Shown here piece after piece: positions 1 through 11,658 of a DNA stretch of 64,000 bases (positions are counted from its first letter, which is position 1; each line of letters opens with the position of its first letter). The notes beneath the pieces are model-generated. The model saw only the letters and a program-made list of their open reading frames with translations, did no database searches and had not been told where the DNA came from. Source of the stretch: Tubulanus polymorphus. Taxonomy: Eukaryota; Animalia; Nemertea. The stretch spans positions 13,368,957 through 13,432,956 of the forward strand of contig NC_134030.1 of the NCBI RefSeq assembly GCF_964204645.1, written 5' to 3'. The position numbers and the translations under genes are program-made.

Positions 1-688
1 GTTGAGATGTTTACGTAATTTTGAAGTCAGCAATTTCATTTGATAGAGAAAAGTTATTTTGGCTTAAGATGTGAAAGAAATGCAATATGCTGTAATTCTA
101 GTTTCACATACTTTCCCACTTTGTTGAGTAAATTGTTTATATAGGTTATCAAAAACCTAGCAGCAGCTATCGGTCAGCAGGTCAATTACACTGGCTAACT
201 AGACAGTGATTGATGAACGAATGAACAAACTGCATTGGCCACCAAAAGACCACAAACCAAAAGTAATTACCTCTTAATATTGATAAACTTAGCACCGCAA
301 TATCTCTATGAAACTTTATTTCAAGGTGCCAATACAATAACATGCCAAAATGTACGGTGTTTGAACTTCGCTGAATCGATGAACCAATGATCGCTGAATT
401 ATAAGATTATCAGTTAACTCATTAACTGAATTATCAGTTTTCTCCAACTAAACTCTTTTTCTCAAATTATCGTAAACCAACGTTACCAATACTTGAATTT
501 GGAAGTGAATGTGAGCTAGAACTAACAAAGGTACCGGTTTAAGGTGCAGATATACAGGGAATCCCTCTTCTAGCGACCAACACGGTTTTATATCGCTTCT
601 TTGCCGATTAGTAAATAATTTTCGATCTAAACGGCTACAGGACCCGAAGAAGTCGAATAAAATACTCTAAAACGTGTTAACTGTAGAC

Positions 689-900
689 AAATGAAGAAAT
701 TCCACAATAGAATTTTGTATCATGAAATTTATTATAGTTAAACCACAACGTTTCAGCTGTTGACTGACAGCCATCTTACTAAAAGCCCTTATCACTAGGA
801 ATGTCTACATTCCACCTGATGATGGCTGTTAGTCTACAGTCAAAACGCTGCGGTTTCACCTTAACAAATTTTATCATATTTAAAATTCTATTTCTTCATT
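689..900. mobile_element. Degenerate Penelope-like (PLE) inverted pseudo-LTR remnant with hammerhead motif
   Basis: Imperfect inverted repeat with arms ~689-776 and ~821-900. The + arm reads CCAC-CTGATGA-T-GGCTGT..ACAGTC-AAAACGCT-GCGG; the - arm reads GATGGCTGT..ACAGCT-GAAACGTT-GTGG. Their consensus is a minimal type I hammerhead. Confidence 0.6.
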
Positions 901-1964
901 CATGACCCCAGGGACGATCACCAAAGGCCGTAACCGTAATCCAAATGAAATCTTGAATACCATAAAAAGTTTCTTCTATTAAATTCGATCAAATATGGGC
1001 ACAATTTAGATGATTTCTTTAGAATGTTAAAAATCCACATGAATATAGCATATTTTGTTTGAAAAAAATCAATGATTTCGCAAAATTATAATTCAGGGAA
1101 ATTCGAACACTCCGAAATGTCTTAATTTAAGATGCAAAGACATCCAGGCCCCCGTTGAAGATAAACCACCATTTCAATAATGAGAGGTTAGCCTGAATTT
1201 TTGCGCTTTTAATCTAAGAATTTAAATCAAAAATAAATGCAGACCTATGCTTGAAAATAGCTGCATTTGTTCAAATTGAATTCTTTATTCAATTACATCG
1301 CCATGAAAAGAAGGAAATTTTGATTTATCTTAAAACTACATAACTATTGACAATTTGTAAACAAATTTAACTCCAATTGAGAGTTGGGAATCGCTCATTA
1401 CATTTCACATCCTCAAAGATAGTATCTACAATATCTTCAGATCTCAACTGAGTCACTCTTTAATAGAACTATACCCCAAACTATAGCGTGAGTAGAGTTT
1501 CTCAGTATGTTTATATTGTCACGTATCACTGCAAATCTGAAGCATATGTTGCTACAGTGTATTTATAACAGGGAATCTGGCAAGCGATCTCAAAATTGTC
1601 ACTTTTCAACAGTTGACTTTTAGAAACGATGTGTTTTGAGAGTAGCTGCTATGGTAGGAGTTACTATCACAAAGTCACTGTTAACAGGCGGGTGGTTTTA
1701 CAGTCACCTCTACTGCTAGTGTGCACTATCGAAACCAGATGTTTCAAAATGGTCACTTTTAACAATAGTAGACTCTTAGAAACAGCCACTATAGAAAACC
1801 AACCGAATTGAAAGGAATACTATTCCAGAGTGACTGTTTTGAAATGATACTACTGGAAAAGTGGCTGATATCGTTAATTGCTTATTGTTCTCAAGTGGCT
1901 ACTAAGTAAAAGTAGACGTTTGGGCTCAAAAGTGCGATAGACATGTTCTTGGATTCAGCCTTTC

Positions 1965-2456
1965 ATATAATATTATTCTGCCCTACTTGTGAAATGAATA
2001 AAACATATAATAGAGATATAGTTAAGATAAAAAAAGTTTATTATATTAAATCCTAAAACAGTAAAAGAAAATCTAGATAATTGTATTAAAATAGCAATTG
2101 ATATCTATAAAGGATCAAATACATCATTCATTATAGATGATTGTGCTAATCTACATGATTCAAAAGTTAGAGAAAGTGAGTTATGGTATTTCGCTTTCTC
2201 TGGGAGACATTTTAGGATAACAACATGGGTTTTAAATCAAAAATATAATTCAATTGTTAAAGATTTTAGAGAAAACATTAGATTTTTAGTATTATTCTAC
2301 AATTAAGATAGAAAATCAATGCAACAATCATTGGAAGAAAATCAAATTATACCTACTGAATTACATGATGAATATATGAATAAATTAAAAAGTAATAAAG
2401 GTTCCAAATTACTTCTGAGATTACAATTTCCTTATGAATATGAATTTATAAAATAA
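1965..2456 (+). pseudogene. A32/FtsK-like viral packaging ATPase, C-terminal part (5'-truncated, internal stop)
   Basis: Translates as ..FIIDDCANLHDSKVRESELWYFAFSGRHFRITTWVLNQKYNSIVKDFRENIRFLVLFYN*DRK.., with Walker B and the GRH motif. Homologous to 20247-20826. Confidence 0.8.
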
Positions 2457-2476
2457 GGTATTTTAAATAATCTATA

Positions 2477-3234
2477 CCCCCCTGTGTCTTTATGTCTTTA
2501 GTAGTCTCAGTACTTTTAGAACATAAAGAATAAATCTTTATTTTATTAGTAGTTGAAAAATAAAAACATATATATGATGAATCTGTGAGATAAATAAATC
2601 TATGATATTTATTACTGAGACAGTGATATATATAATAAATCTATGTGTGTTTGTTGTGTCTTTATCTCCTTAGTAGTTTTAGTACTTTTAGTACATAAAG
2701 AATAAATCTTTATTATATTCGTACTGATTTAAGTTATTTTTCAAACTACTAAACTACTAAAGACAAAAAAGACAATAAAGACATATAGATTTATCATTAC
2801 TGAATCAAATATATATAATAAATATGTGAGATAAATAAATCTATGATATTTATTACTGAATCAAATGTAAATGATAAATCTATGTGTGTTTGTCATGTCT
2901 TTATCATCTTTAGTACTTTTAGTACATAAAGAATATATCTTTATTTTATTAGTACTTAGAAAAAAAATATATAAATATTTTTTGTATATAATAAATCTAT
3001 GATATTTATCATTATTGAAACAGCAATATATAAAATCTATCAGATGAATTAATATTATTATTGAAACAGTAATATATAATAAATCTGTGTGATAAATAAA
3101 TATAATTATTGAAACAGTGATATATATATACATTGGTCTTTATCTCCTTATTTTTCAAGTGCTAATAATGTAAAGATTTATTCTTTATGTACTAAAAGTA
3201 CTAAAAGCACTAAAGACATAAAGACACAGGGGGG
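2477..3234. repeat. ~760-bp non-coding foldback with ~65-bp terminal inverted repeats and internal subrepeats, flanked by TA
   Basis: TA|CCCCCCTGTGTCTTTATGTCTTTAGT...ACTAAAGACATAAAGACACAGGGGGG|TA. Internal repeats of GTACTTTTAGTACATAAAGAAT and ATAAATCTATGA. Confidence 0.75.
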
Positions 3235-3254
3235 TATTATATTCATATTTTAAA

Positions 3255-3635
3255 TTACTTTTCTGATTCTAATTCTAACAACAATTCCATGCATCTCTTA
3301 ATTCTTCTTATTTTCAAAAAATCTTCAACTTCACCTAATTGTTTGGTATGATTACTATTGATAGCCCTCAAACCTTTAGCAAACAATTCATAATTGAAAT
3401 GAATATATTGATTTAATTGATCTTCACTTATATTTTTATATTTATTTTTTGCATCATTTTTAATGTTATTTATAAAATCTTTTAAAAAATCTTCATAACT
3501 GTAATATTGAATTATTTCATCAAAGTTATCACGTTTATCATCATTAGCAGCAACTGTTTTCAATTCTGTTAAAAAAATCTCTCCTTTTAAATTTGATGAA
3601 ATTAAGTATACCTGAACAATCATCTGGAAATTCAT
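3255..3635 (-). CDS. Viral hypothetical protein (126 aa)
   Basis: Open ORF with a TAAATG start, lying inside the viral gene array. No family recognised. Confidence 0.5.
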   Translation of the reverse strand: MNFQMIVQVYLISSNLKGEIFLTELKTVAANDDKRDNFDEIIQYYSYEDFLKDFINNIKNDAKNKYKNISEDQLNQYIHFNYELFAKGLRAINSNHTKQLGEVEDFLKIRRIKRCMELLLELESEK

Positions 3636-3671
3636 TTATATTTGTCCAACAATTTTTTACACCTGATAATA

Positions 3672-4307
3672 CTACATTTGGATTATTTCGATGAAAATTG
3701 ATCTATATAATTTCCTATAATTATAATTTTCGAAATCAAAAAATCCAGTTGGTATTCTATAAAGGTGTTTTGGATCAGCAGTTTTTAATGAAAGCTCAAA
3801 AGAATCATCATGTTTAATTTTATCTTTAGGTAATACAACAACATTACACTTTTCACATATATTTCTTTCTACATTATCCAAATGTATTTGAGTTAATTTA
3901 TGTTTTGAAAAATTACTGCGACTTATATATTTATCACATTCCTCGCAATATTTATCATCATAATTATCTTCTTCAGTTTTATCATTATCAATTTCACTAT
4001 TATTATTCAATTCATTTATATTCTTATTCTTATTTTTATTATGCTTGAGTGAATTAAGATGAGTTGCCCAATTCTTATAACTTTTATATTCTTTACATAG
4101 GTCGCAATATTTTTCATTTGTCTTTTTGTTTTTGATATCAAGTTCAATCTTATCATCATTCGATGTAGAAGGTATAACATTATCTTCTATTTTTGTTTCA
4201 ATATTATCTTCTATTTTTGTTTCAATATTGTCTTCTATTTTAGGTTCAACATTATCTTCTATTTTACTTATTAAAGTATTCTCCAAAATACTTACTATAT
4301 TCATCAT
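3672..4307 (-). CDS. Viral C2H2 (matrin/U1-like) zinc-finger protein with N-terminal 8-aa repeats
   Basis: Fingers YCDLCKEYKSYKNWATHLNSLKH and YCEECDKYISRSNFSKHKLTQIH, plus a partial CEKC..H. KIEDNxxx is repeated 4 times (24-bp tandem repeat, ~4176-4265). Confidence 0.7.
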   Translation of the reverse strand: MMNIVSILENTLISKIEDNVEPKIEDNIETKIEDNIETKIEDNVIPSTSNDDKIELDIKNKKTNEKYCDLCKEYKSYKNWATHLNSLKHNKNKNKNINELNNNSEIDNDKTEEDNYDDKYCEECDKYISRSNFSKHKLTQIHLDNVERNICEKCNVVVLPKDKIKHDDSFELSLKTADPKHLYRIPTGFFDFENYNYRKLYRSIFIEIIQM

Positions 4308-4409
4308 AAGGTATTATATAATATATATCTGATATCATTTCACTCGGACTTTGTATTTCATATATTCCTCCTTCCATTTATTATAGAATTTTTTATTAAA
4401 ATTAAAATT

Positions 4410-5646
4410 TTAATACATAACACTATTCAATTGAGAATTTATGATATTTAATTGCGCGTCAGATATAATATAAATGTGCATTTTGAAATTTAAACTTCCT
4501 TTTTTCTTTGTCATGAATAATTGTATTCCATCTTTAGTGTTTTGTAGTTTTTACCAGAACCATGTAATAAATTATCCTCTGTTGTTCTAAAATCTAACCA
4601 TAATGCATATTTATTGCCGGTATAATAATCAATTTGATTAATATGACAATTTTCAGATGAATTTACTTTTTCATTCTTAAAATGTTTTCTAATTTCTGGC
4701 CACTGATCTATCATTCTCATTCCCTGACAAAATATTTTATTAGCTATGCCTTCGATAGTTATTTCTACTTTTGTTATTTCAGGGTTGTAATACTTATCAA
4801 CCTGTATTGCGCCATTTGAATATGTAGCAATGGTAAAAATATTAATATACCTTTAATAGATCTTCTTGGGAAGTTAATATTCTCATTAATTATTTCATCA
4901 TTTGCATTAATAGTTACAGTTTTAAATTTATCAATATAATCATATAATAATGAAAATCCTTGATTATATTGTGTTTGAATTATGCTTGAAATATTTTCAT
5001 CATTTACTGTATCTTAAACTAAACATATATTCGATAATTTATATCCCAAATCTTTAACAACGCTAGATAATACAATTTCAGCAAATGTTATTTCAAATAT
5101 AATATCTTCTTCAATTGCGTATTAATACAAAGGTGCATTATTATTTATCATTTCAAAGTCTAATGGAATTTTATATTTGCTTCCATAAATCTTTTTAATC
5201 AAATTATCTGTAGCATTAGTTGTTATTGCATTATTAGCTTCTGATCTTAATTTATTATGGTTTTCTGATTCGGTGCCTTGAAATATCATATTATTTCTAT
5301 TTTCTTTCGTTAACCATAAATCTTTGTAATGCATGAATAAATTATAATCATCTAATGAGAAAACTGTTTCTGCTCCAATCTTTATAGTTAATTTTTTAAT
5401 CAAATATCTTCCAACATTATCTACAACATAATTATTATCATGGCCAGTTATTCTTATATTAGCTGATAAATAAATACTATTTGGAACATAAAAAGTATTT
5501 TGTGTTAATTGAGGGATTCTGACATACAAAGTTTCATCAGGATTACTATTAGAAGGATTATGGGTAATTATATGATGAGATCTCTCTGCTTTAATTGCAT
5601 TAGATATTCTAGGATTCTTAGAAGGATTGATATAACTCCCACTCAT
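4410..5646 (-). pseudogene. Probable double-jelly-roll major capsid protein, copy 1 (frameshifted)
   Basis: ORFs 5122-5646 and 4511-4720 are pieces of one ~410-aa gene near-identical to 17863-19110. Beta-rich, ends LWLDFRT..LHGSG; its homologue in copy 3 sits next to an integrase and ATPase. Confidence 0.7.
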
Positions 5647-5665
5647 TTATTTAAGAGAAAAATTA

Positions 5666-6911
5666 TTATTTATTTTTCATCATATTCACTAACCCAAAAA
5701 TAATAGCACTTACAACTGTAATTAAAAATAAGATTATATGTTCAGCAGCAAAGTTGAACCATCTTTCACTTTATCTTGTATAGAATTGTTATTTGGTGGT
5801 TTATCCGGTTTATTGGGTGTAGGCGTAGATTTTGATGAATTTGAAATAGCTAAACCAATTGTTGTAAATAACATAGTTACAGCTGTTAGAATTGAAAGAA
5901 TTATTATACCTTCTAACTTAAATAATAATCTTATTCTGTCTTTCAATGATATTTTAGAATTTGGTTTTATCAACAAATCTTTAAAAATAACTTTTAATCT
6001 ATTAATATTATAATCATATGATTTTTTTAATAATTTAATTTCTTCTTTCTGAAATTCTATGTCATATACTAAATCATCTTTTTCTAAATATGCATTTCTT
6101 TTTTTAAATTCAATTTCTTCAATAACTTTATTATCTCTATCTAGTTTTAATTGTTCTATTTCTTTAATTTTATCAGTTCTATCTTTTTCTTAAGTTCTAA
6201 TTTTAAAATCTCTTATACTTTTATCATGCGCAATTTTATCAGATGCAAGTCTTATACTAATAATTTCTTTAATTGCTTTATCAGAAAATATATTTAAATC
6301 TTCTAATTCTTGATCTGTTGCGTCAAGTAACCCATTTGGTAAAAGTTTTTCCATTGGAACTTCATTGGAAAGTCATGTTTAAATAATCTTTTATTTTGAT
6401 TTATTTCTTCTTGTGTAAAACTTTCCATTTCATTACTATTACTTATTCTTTTAATTCTAGATGGTTCTAAATTACTCAAAGTTGATTCTGCTAATATTTT
6501 GTTTTGAATCTTATATGTGATATCAATAAAATAATCATCTTTCAAATGATAATAATATTCACCATCTAAAGATTTTAATTCTCTTACTAAATATCTGGCG
6601 CCTCTATCATTTATATTGTATCCAGATCTTTCAAATGTAGGTTTGAAATTATAAATATATTCTTTATATTCTAAATTTTGTTTTACTAAATCTCGATTTT
6701 CATTTTCGGGATTTATTCTCGATTTAGTTCTTCTATCGTCTGTTGAAGGGGCTTTAGAACCACTATATTCTAAAATAGAATTATATGCTGATCCATCATC
6801 ATTATCAATATTAGTTTCATTAAAATCAGGTTGTGGTTCATCAGGTATAAATCCTTCATTATTATTTCCCATTTCTCCCATTTCATAAGCTTATCCACCT
6901 TCTACATCCAT
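5666..6911 (-). pseudogene. Viral coiled-coil protein with C-terminal hydrophobic helices (gene upstream of MCP)
   Basis: ORFs 6303-6881 and 5734-5976 with a charged helical linker between them. C-terminus ..LEGIIILSILTAVTMLFTTIGLAI.. then FAAEHIILFLITVVSAIIFGLVN. Internally deleted relative to 17585-17830. Confidence 0.6.
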
Positions 6912-6927
6912 TTATATCGTATGAAAA

Positions 6928-8244
6928 TTAAAATTTAAAATATAATATTCCTCCTATTACAATTCCTATACAAGTTATAGCTAATTTGGTATTTCCATGT
7001 GATTTATTATCATTATTAGATTTAATTATTTCTTGTTGTATATTATCAGTTTTTATATTTTCCGATGTATTGTAATCTTTCATTTTAGAATCATTATTTA
7101 ATTTAATATTCTTAGTTTAAGTTTCTGTTGATTGAATATGTTTTTTAATTTTTTTACCTTCCATTAATTTCGGAGCAGTGATAATCTTTTTATTCATATC
7201 ATTCAATCCAAACTTATTATTTATTGTTGCAGTCGTAATTAAATTATTATAACCAATTATATTTCCCATTTTTAATATTAAATCATCAGATGTGATTAAT
7301 AGATTAGGTCCTATACAATGTTTTAATCTTACATGTGATTTATCTAAATAATTTAAATATCTTACAATGTTTTCTGGAATTGATCTATTTTTATCATTAT
7401 GAATGGAATCTTCAAAAAAAACTTTAGATTGTTTTTGTGTATCAAATGAAGTGTTATCATTTCCAACTATTGGTGATCTTGTTTCAACATGAGCACCTAG
7501 AATACATATCAAATAAGTTCTAATTGATTGATTTATTCTTTGTATACCTGATTTTGTAAAACCTTCACTTTTTTCTAAAATGAAATTAATCCAACCATTA
7601 TTATTATCATTTTTATAATTATGATAAGCTCCAATTCTATGCGAATAATCAATTCTTTTTATTTCATACTGTTCACCAATACCTTGCAATTTACCATGCG
7701 CTCTAAAATCGGAATTAATATTTATATTAAATTCATTAAATATTCTATAAAACTTAGATAGATTAATATTATTATCCAATTCTTTAAAATATTTAGATCC
7801 GGGCAAAAGACATTCTAATTCATTTAATATTATTCTGATTTGAAAATACGTGTGAAATCTAAATATTGTGTGAATTAATTTCAAATCAGAATAATTCAAA
7901 TTGTTATCTAAGTTATTTAAATGATTATTCCAACTTATACCACAGCCAGTTGTTGCACAATAAACAGCAAAATTTAATCGATTCTGCCAATATTTCATAT
8001 TAGATTTTACTTTATACATATGATATTTATCTCGAGTAAAAGAAACTTCATATGTATTAAATATATTTTCCATTTTAGAAATAAAAAACTGTGTTTCAGT
8101 AACATAAATTTCTAAATTAGTTTAAAATTAAATTAAATTTAAAACTAAATTTGTATATGTAATATTTTTATTAAAATCTATTGCAGGAATATTATATCTA
8201 ATTGATTTATTATATTGGAAAGTTTTCGGAAACACAATTTACAT
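6928..8244 (-). pseudogene. Conserved viral protein of unknown function (core ORF 7117-8073) with C-terminal TM anchor
   Basis: 318-aa open core with motifs WQNRLNFAVYCATTGCG, FRFHTYFQIR and RINQSIRTY. After a frameshift it ends LAITCIGIVIGGILYFKF*. Confidence 0.6.
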
Positions 8245-8254
8245 AATTAAAAAA

Positions 8255-9326
8255 TTAATAATTTATTGATTCTTTAAATAATTTATCCTGTTCTTCAACT
8301 GTGATATTACCATTTAAACTTATTATATAATCAAGGAAGAAAGACACTCTAAATATTTGGATGGATATATGAAAGCTGTGGGTACTGGAGTGTGTAATGG
8401 GTAGTGTAGTGTGATCTGTGTGCATTTGTGGCCAGCACACAGATCACATCGTTCAATGGGGTTTGGTCCAGGACTCGCGAGATTTTCAACAACACAGAAG
8501 TAACGTGTAATAAATGATGACTTGAATTGACTACCTACCACCCCTCATTATTGTTGGAAAACTAAACGTTCGGCACTGACTAAAAATCAGTAATAACATT
8601 TTAGAAATGGCCAGAATTTTAACTTAGGTTCTATCTCATTTTTATTTTACAATTGCGATTGGTATAATTTTTATCTAATCGGCCGTTAAGGCTTCATGTT
8701 TCGTCTGCAATTCCCTGCAAATAGTTACGCAACTACGCACATTTCAGAGTTTTTGGTAGCTGTACACTCAATCGGCACCGTTCGTGACTAGCTTCACTGC
8801 GGAATTATCATTAATTAACATCGCCATATCACATCATCAACTTATATTGTGCCTTAAAGCCCTCACAGCCGAAATAATTGAAATGCACACACGATTTCTA
8901 TCATTGAAAATTCAGAGAGTGGCCATGTTTGTGTTTGCTGCTTCACGTAAATCCTGCGCGGTGGCGCAACCGCGCGGAGTGGGGCCGATACGTCTAGTGT
9001 ATTTTTTAATTTATTAATTTCTTTTATATTAGATTTTATTTTTTCTTTATTACTTTTTATATTTAATTTTGAACTTATTCCGGTTAATACACTCGATGAT
9101 AATCCTAGCACGCCAATTGATATAGCTAAAGGTATTATAATGGACTGAATATTGCTAGAAATGTTATTACAGAACTAATTGTAACTGAACCACTGATAAT
9201 AAGATAATATATAATTTTACTTTTTAAATATTTTTTCTTTTTTATCTTTAAGTCACTTTCAAATTCTAATATTTGTTTTTCTAAATATGTTTTTAATTTG
9301 GTTTATCAACTTTATCATCCATTCAT
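8255..9326 (-). pseudogene. Small 2-TM viral protein split by an insertion at ~8331-8997
   Basis: ..SIGVLGLSSSVLTGISSKLNIK..NKLKNTLD (ending ~8995) resumes as DYIISLNGNITVEEQDKLFKESINY* (8255-8332). Confidence 0.6.
8331..8997 (+). mobile_element. Non-autonomous Helitron-like insertion
   Basis: GC-richer island within AT-rich viral DNA. A|TC 5' end, GC hairpin TCCTGCGCGGT..ACCGCGCGGA (8952-8978), then CTAG|T 15 nt downstream. Confidence 0.5.
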
Positions 9327-9341
9327 TTAGAAAAGAAATTA

Positions 9342-9750
9342 CTAATTAGTAAATTTATAAGCAACAAATAATACAATAACTGTTCCACCTAAAATCCAAA
9401 TTATTTCATATTTCTTCTGTTCACTTCTTGGTGTATAATAATCTGATAATTTAGGTTTATATAGATGTAATTTTTCACGATTTGTTACTGCGTTATATAA
9501 ACTCATAGCTTCATCGACTGATTGAAAATCTCTATGTGTAATTTTCTGATTATATAATTCTTTATTGATGTAGATATTTTAGTTTTGCCTCTTTTCTCTA
9601 TATTGTTCTGCTGCTTTATTATATTTTTCTAACGATAAGTTGTGTCTTTGTTGTTCTGAACCATTTTTATCAATATGTTTAAATAACCAGCACCTGTAAA
9701 TGCTAAAGCGTTAACAATTGCCGATCCTATAATAGTTATTATTGCAGATT
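9342..9750 (-). pseudogene. Viral small protein with hydrophobic N-terminus, coiled coil and C-terminal TM
   Basis: Manual translation across frameshifts: AIITIIGSAIVNALAFTGAGYL..QQRHNLSLEKYNKA..KPKLSDYY..YEIIWILGGTVIVLFVAYKFTN*. Confidence 0.55.
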
Positions 9751-9772
9751 ATTTAACAAAAAAATTAAACAT

Positions 9773-9994
9773 TTATAAAGGAGGAATATATTTTTGTTTT
9801 TCCAAATAATCAATTGTTAAATTAGATAAAATAACTGCTAACGTTAATTTCAAAATATCATTTATATCAAATTTATCAACATTAATACTTCCCATTTTAA
9901 ATACTTTTTTTAATACCATTGAATAACCAACAGTTCCAACTGATAGTAATGCTCCATTATATAATCCAGTTATTATCCACTTATTATCACTCAT
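9773..9994 (-). CDS. Viral small hydrophobic protein (73 aa)
   Basis: Intact ORF with TAAATG start and two hydrophobic segments (GLYNGALLSVGTVGYSMVL; ILKLTLAVILSNLTIDYL). Confidence 0.6.
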   Translation of the reverse strand: MSDNKWIITGLYNGALLSVGTVGYSMVLKKVFKMGSINVDKFDINDILKLTLAVILSNLTIDYLEKQKYIPPL

Positions 9995-10343
9995 TTATTT
10001 ATCAAAAAATCACCTTCAAAATATTTAGTTATCTTAGTTATAATTATTTCAACATTTATTTCATTACTACTTTTATGATTATCATATATTTTAGTTAATA
10101 TGTTTACCATCGATAATTCCATCTTCATTTAATTCATAATATTCTAAAGGTGTTTTAATTAAATCAATTACTTTTTCTATATTATAATTTTCTTCATTAA
10201 TCATTGATGCATTATTAAATGATGTACGTTTAATATCAGTAATTACATCATTTAGTTTATTTCTCATTTCCTTACCATGTTTAAAATCAAACCAAAAACA
10301 TCTACTCGGTCCAACAGTTATATTTATTTATATAGTGAAAAAA

Positions 10344-11114
10344 TTACTCTTTACATCTTATAACTAATTCATAAATTACAGGAAATTTATTCAAATCAAT
10401 TATTAAACAACTTAAGTATCCATTATGATTTCTAATTTCTAATCTAAAATTATTAAATTGAGGAATGCATGGTTTGAAATCACACTCGGCTAAATTATGA
10501 TTTATTTGAGTTCCAAATTCTTTAACATTCTTCAATGGTAAAATATTCAATAAACCAGAATTACAAATTGTATCTTTAGTTGCTTCAAATGTCTTTGTAG
10601 AGTCAATTAAATTGCAATAAATATAAAAGTGCGTAAAGGGTATTAAGTTTGGTGTAGCATCAGCATTACGTATCCTTACATCTGGGTTAATTCCTAAAAT
10701 TTTAGCTAAAGGTTTTTTAACTAGAAATTGATGTTGATCTTCATTGCCTAATTTTATTCTTACTTTATCAGAGCAATCACTTTTAATAAGTCTTAATCAA
10801 AATCCAGCAGATGCACCCATTTTTGAGCGTGCTCTTTTATTAATTTCTTGAGCTAATGTTTCTAAATTATATAATCCTGGTTTTAGATAATGATGAAACC
10901 ATCTATTCTTATTTCTGTCATGAATTAAAAAGACTCTATGTTCATTACTTTTATCCGATATATTGTAAAATGAGTTACATAAACTAATATTTACTAATTT
11001 TAAATCTACACAATTCTTAAATTCTCTATCTAATTGTACTAGTAAATTATGAGATTTATAATTTGTCAGTCTTCTTGAATCAACAAATATTCTGTATTCT
11101 TTTAATTCTACCAT
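10344..11114 (-). pseudogene. Minor capsid protein (penton, single jelly-roll)-like, frameshifted
   Basis: ORFs 10797-11114 and 10344-10550 with the linker between them. Motifs IFVDS, NSFYNI, PGLYNLETL, LAKILGI, YIYCNLID, LEIRNHNG..IDLN follow the polinton/PLV mCP pattern. Confidence 0.65.
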
Positions 11115-11128
11115 TTATTTTATATATT

Positions 11129-11485
11129 TTATTCGAAATCTATTTCATGGTGCCCTTTTTCATTCTTACCCTTATATATGAAATAGAAATCACCAGAACA
11201 TAATTCTTCTAAATCTTCACTTGATAATCTATGAAATCTATCTAGTAAATATGTTCTGAATTTATATGTATTTCCTTTTAACCCTTCATATTCTAAGTGA
11301 ATAACTAATTTATCTCCATATTTGTTAGTAACTGTATCAATATTAGTAATTAAATGTTTCTTATGAATTGTTAATTCTATTAACTTCTTAAATTTATAAT
11401 CTACAGATTTGACATTTGTAGTATGTTGTATTCTATCTAGAAATGATTTGTTGTTCTCACTGTGTACTTGTTTACTACTCTCCAT
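11129..11485 (-). CDS. Viral 118-aa protein, possibly OB-fold nucleic-acid binding
   Basis: Intact ORF with the beta-rich pattern KKLIEL..I..I..V.NKYG.K.VI.L..YL..RF..FIYKG. The fold is an inference. Confidence 0.45.
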   Translation of the reverse strand: MESSKQVHSENNKSFLDRIQHTTNVKSVDYKFKKLIELTIHKKHLITNIDTVTNKYGDKLVIHLEYEGLKGNTYKFRTYLLDRFHRLSSEDLEELCSGDFYFIYKGKNEKGHHEIDFE

Positions 11486-11544
11486 TATAATAACATATTT
11501 TTTTTTTAAATTGATTTTAGAAGTTATTAGATTAATATTTTAAG

Positions 11545-11658
11545 AGTAATAGGGAATAAGTTGTTTCAAGTTAAAGGTCGAAAAATACATTCGAGTGTGC
11601 GAGAATGTATTTTCCGACCTTTCGACCTTTAACTGGAAACAACTTATTCCCTATTACT
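11545..11658. repeat. 114-bp near-perfect hairpin at the edge of viral copy 1
   Basis: AGTAATAGGGAATAAGTTGTTTCAAGTTAAAGGTCG..CGACCTTTAACTGGAAACAACTTATTCCCTATTACT. Confidence 0.85.

Larger units (their letters stand above)
1965..11545 (-). mobile_element. Endogenous polinton-like dsDNA virus, copy 1 (decayed, ends not defined)
   Basis: Very AT-rich, intronless, tightly packed genes, mostly on the - strand, including MCP-like and penton-like ORFs, with an ATPase fragment on + at the left end. Nucleotide homology to 15235-22000. Confidence 0.8.

Noticed and set aside
1540-1920. Dispersed GTCACT/AGTGAC subrepeats (similar motif clusters at ~22010-22280 and ~22600-22820)
   Set aside because: Probably old MITE interiors, but no TIR pair or TSD could be defined.
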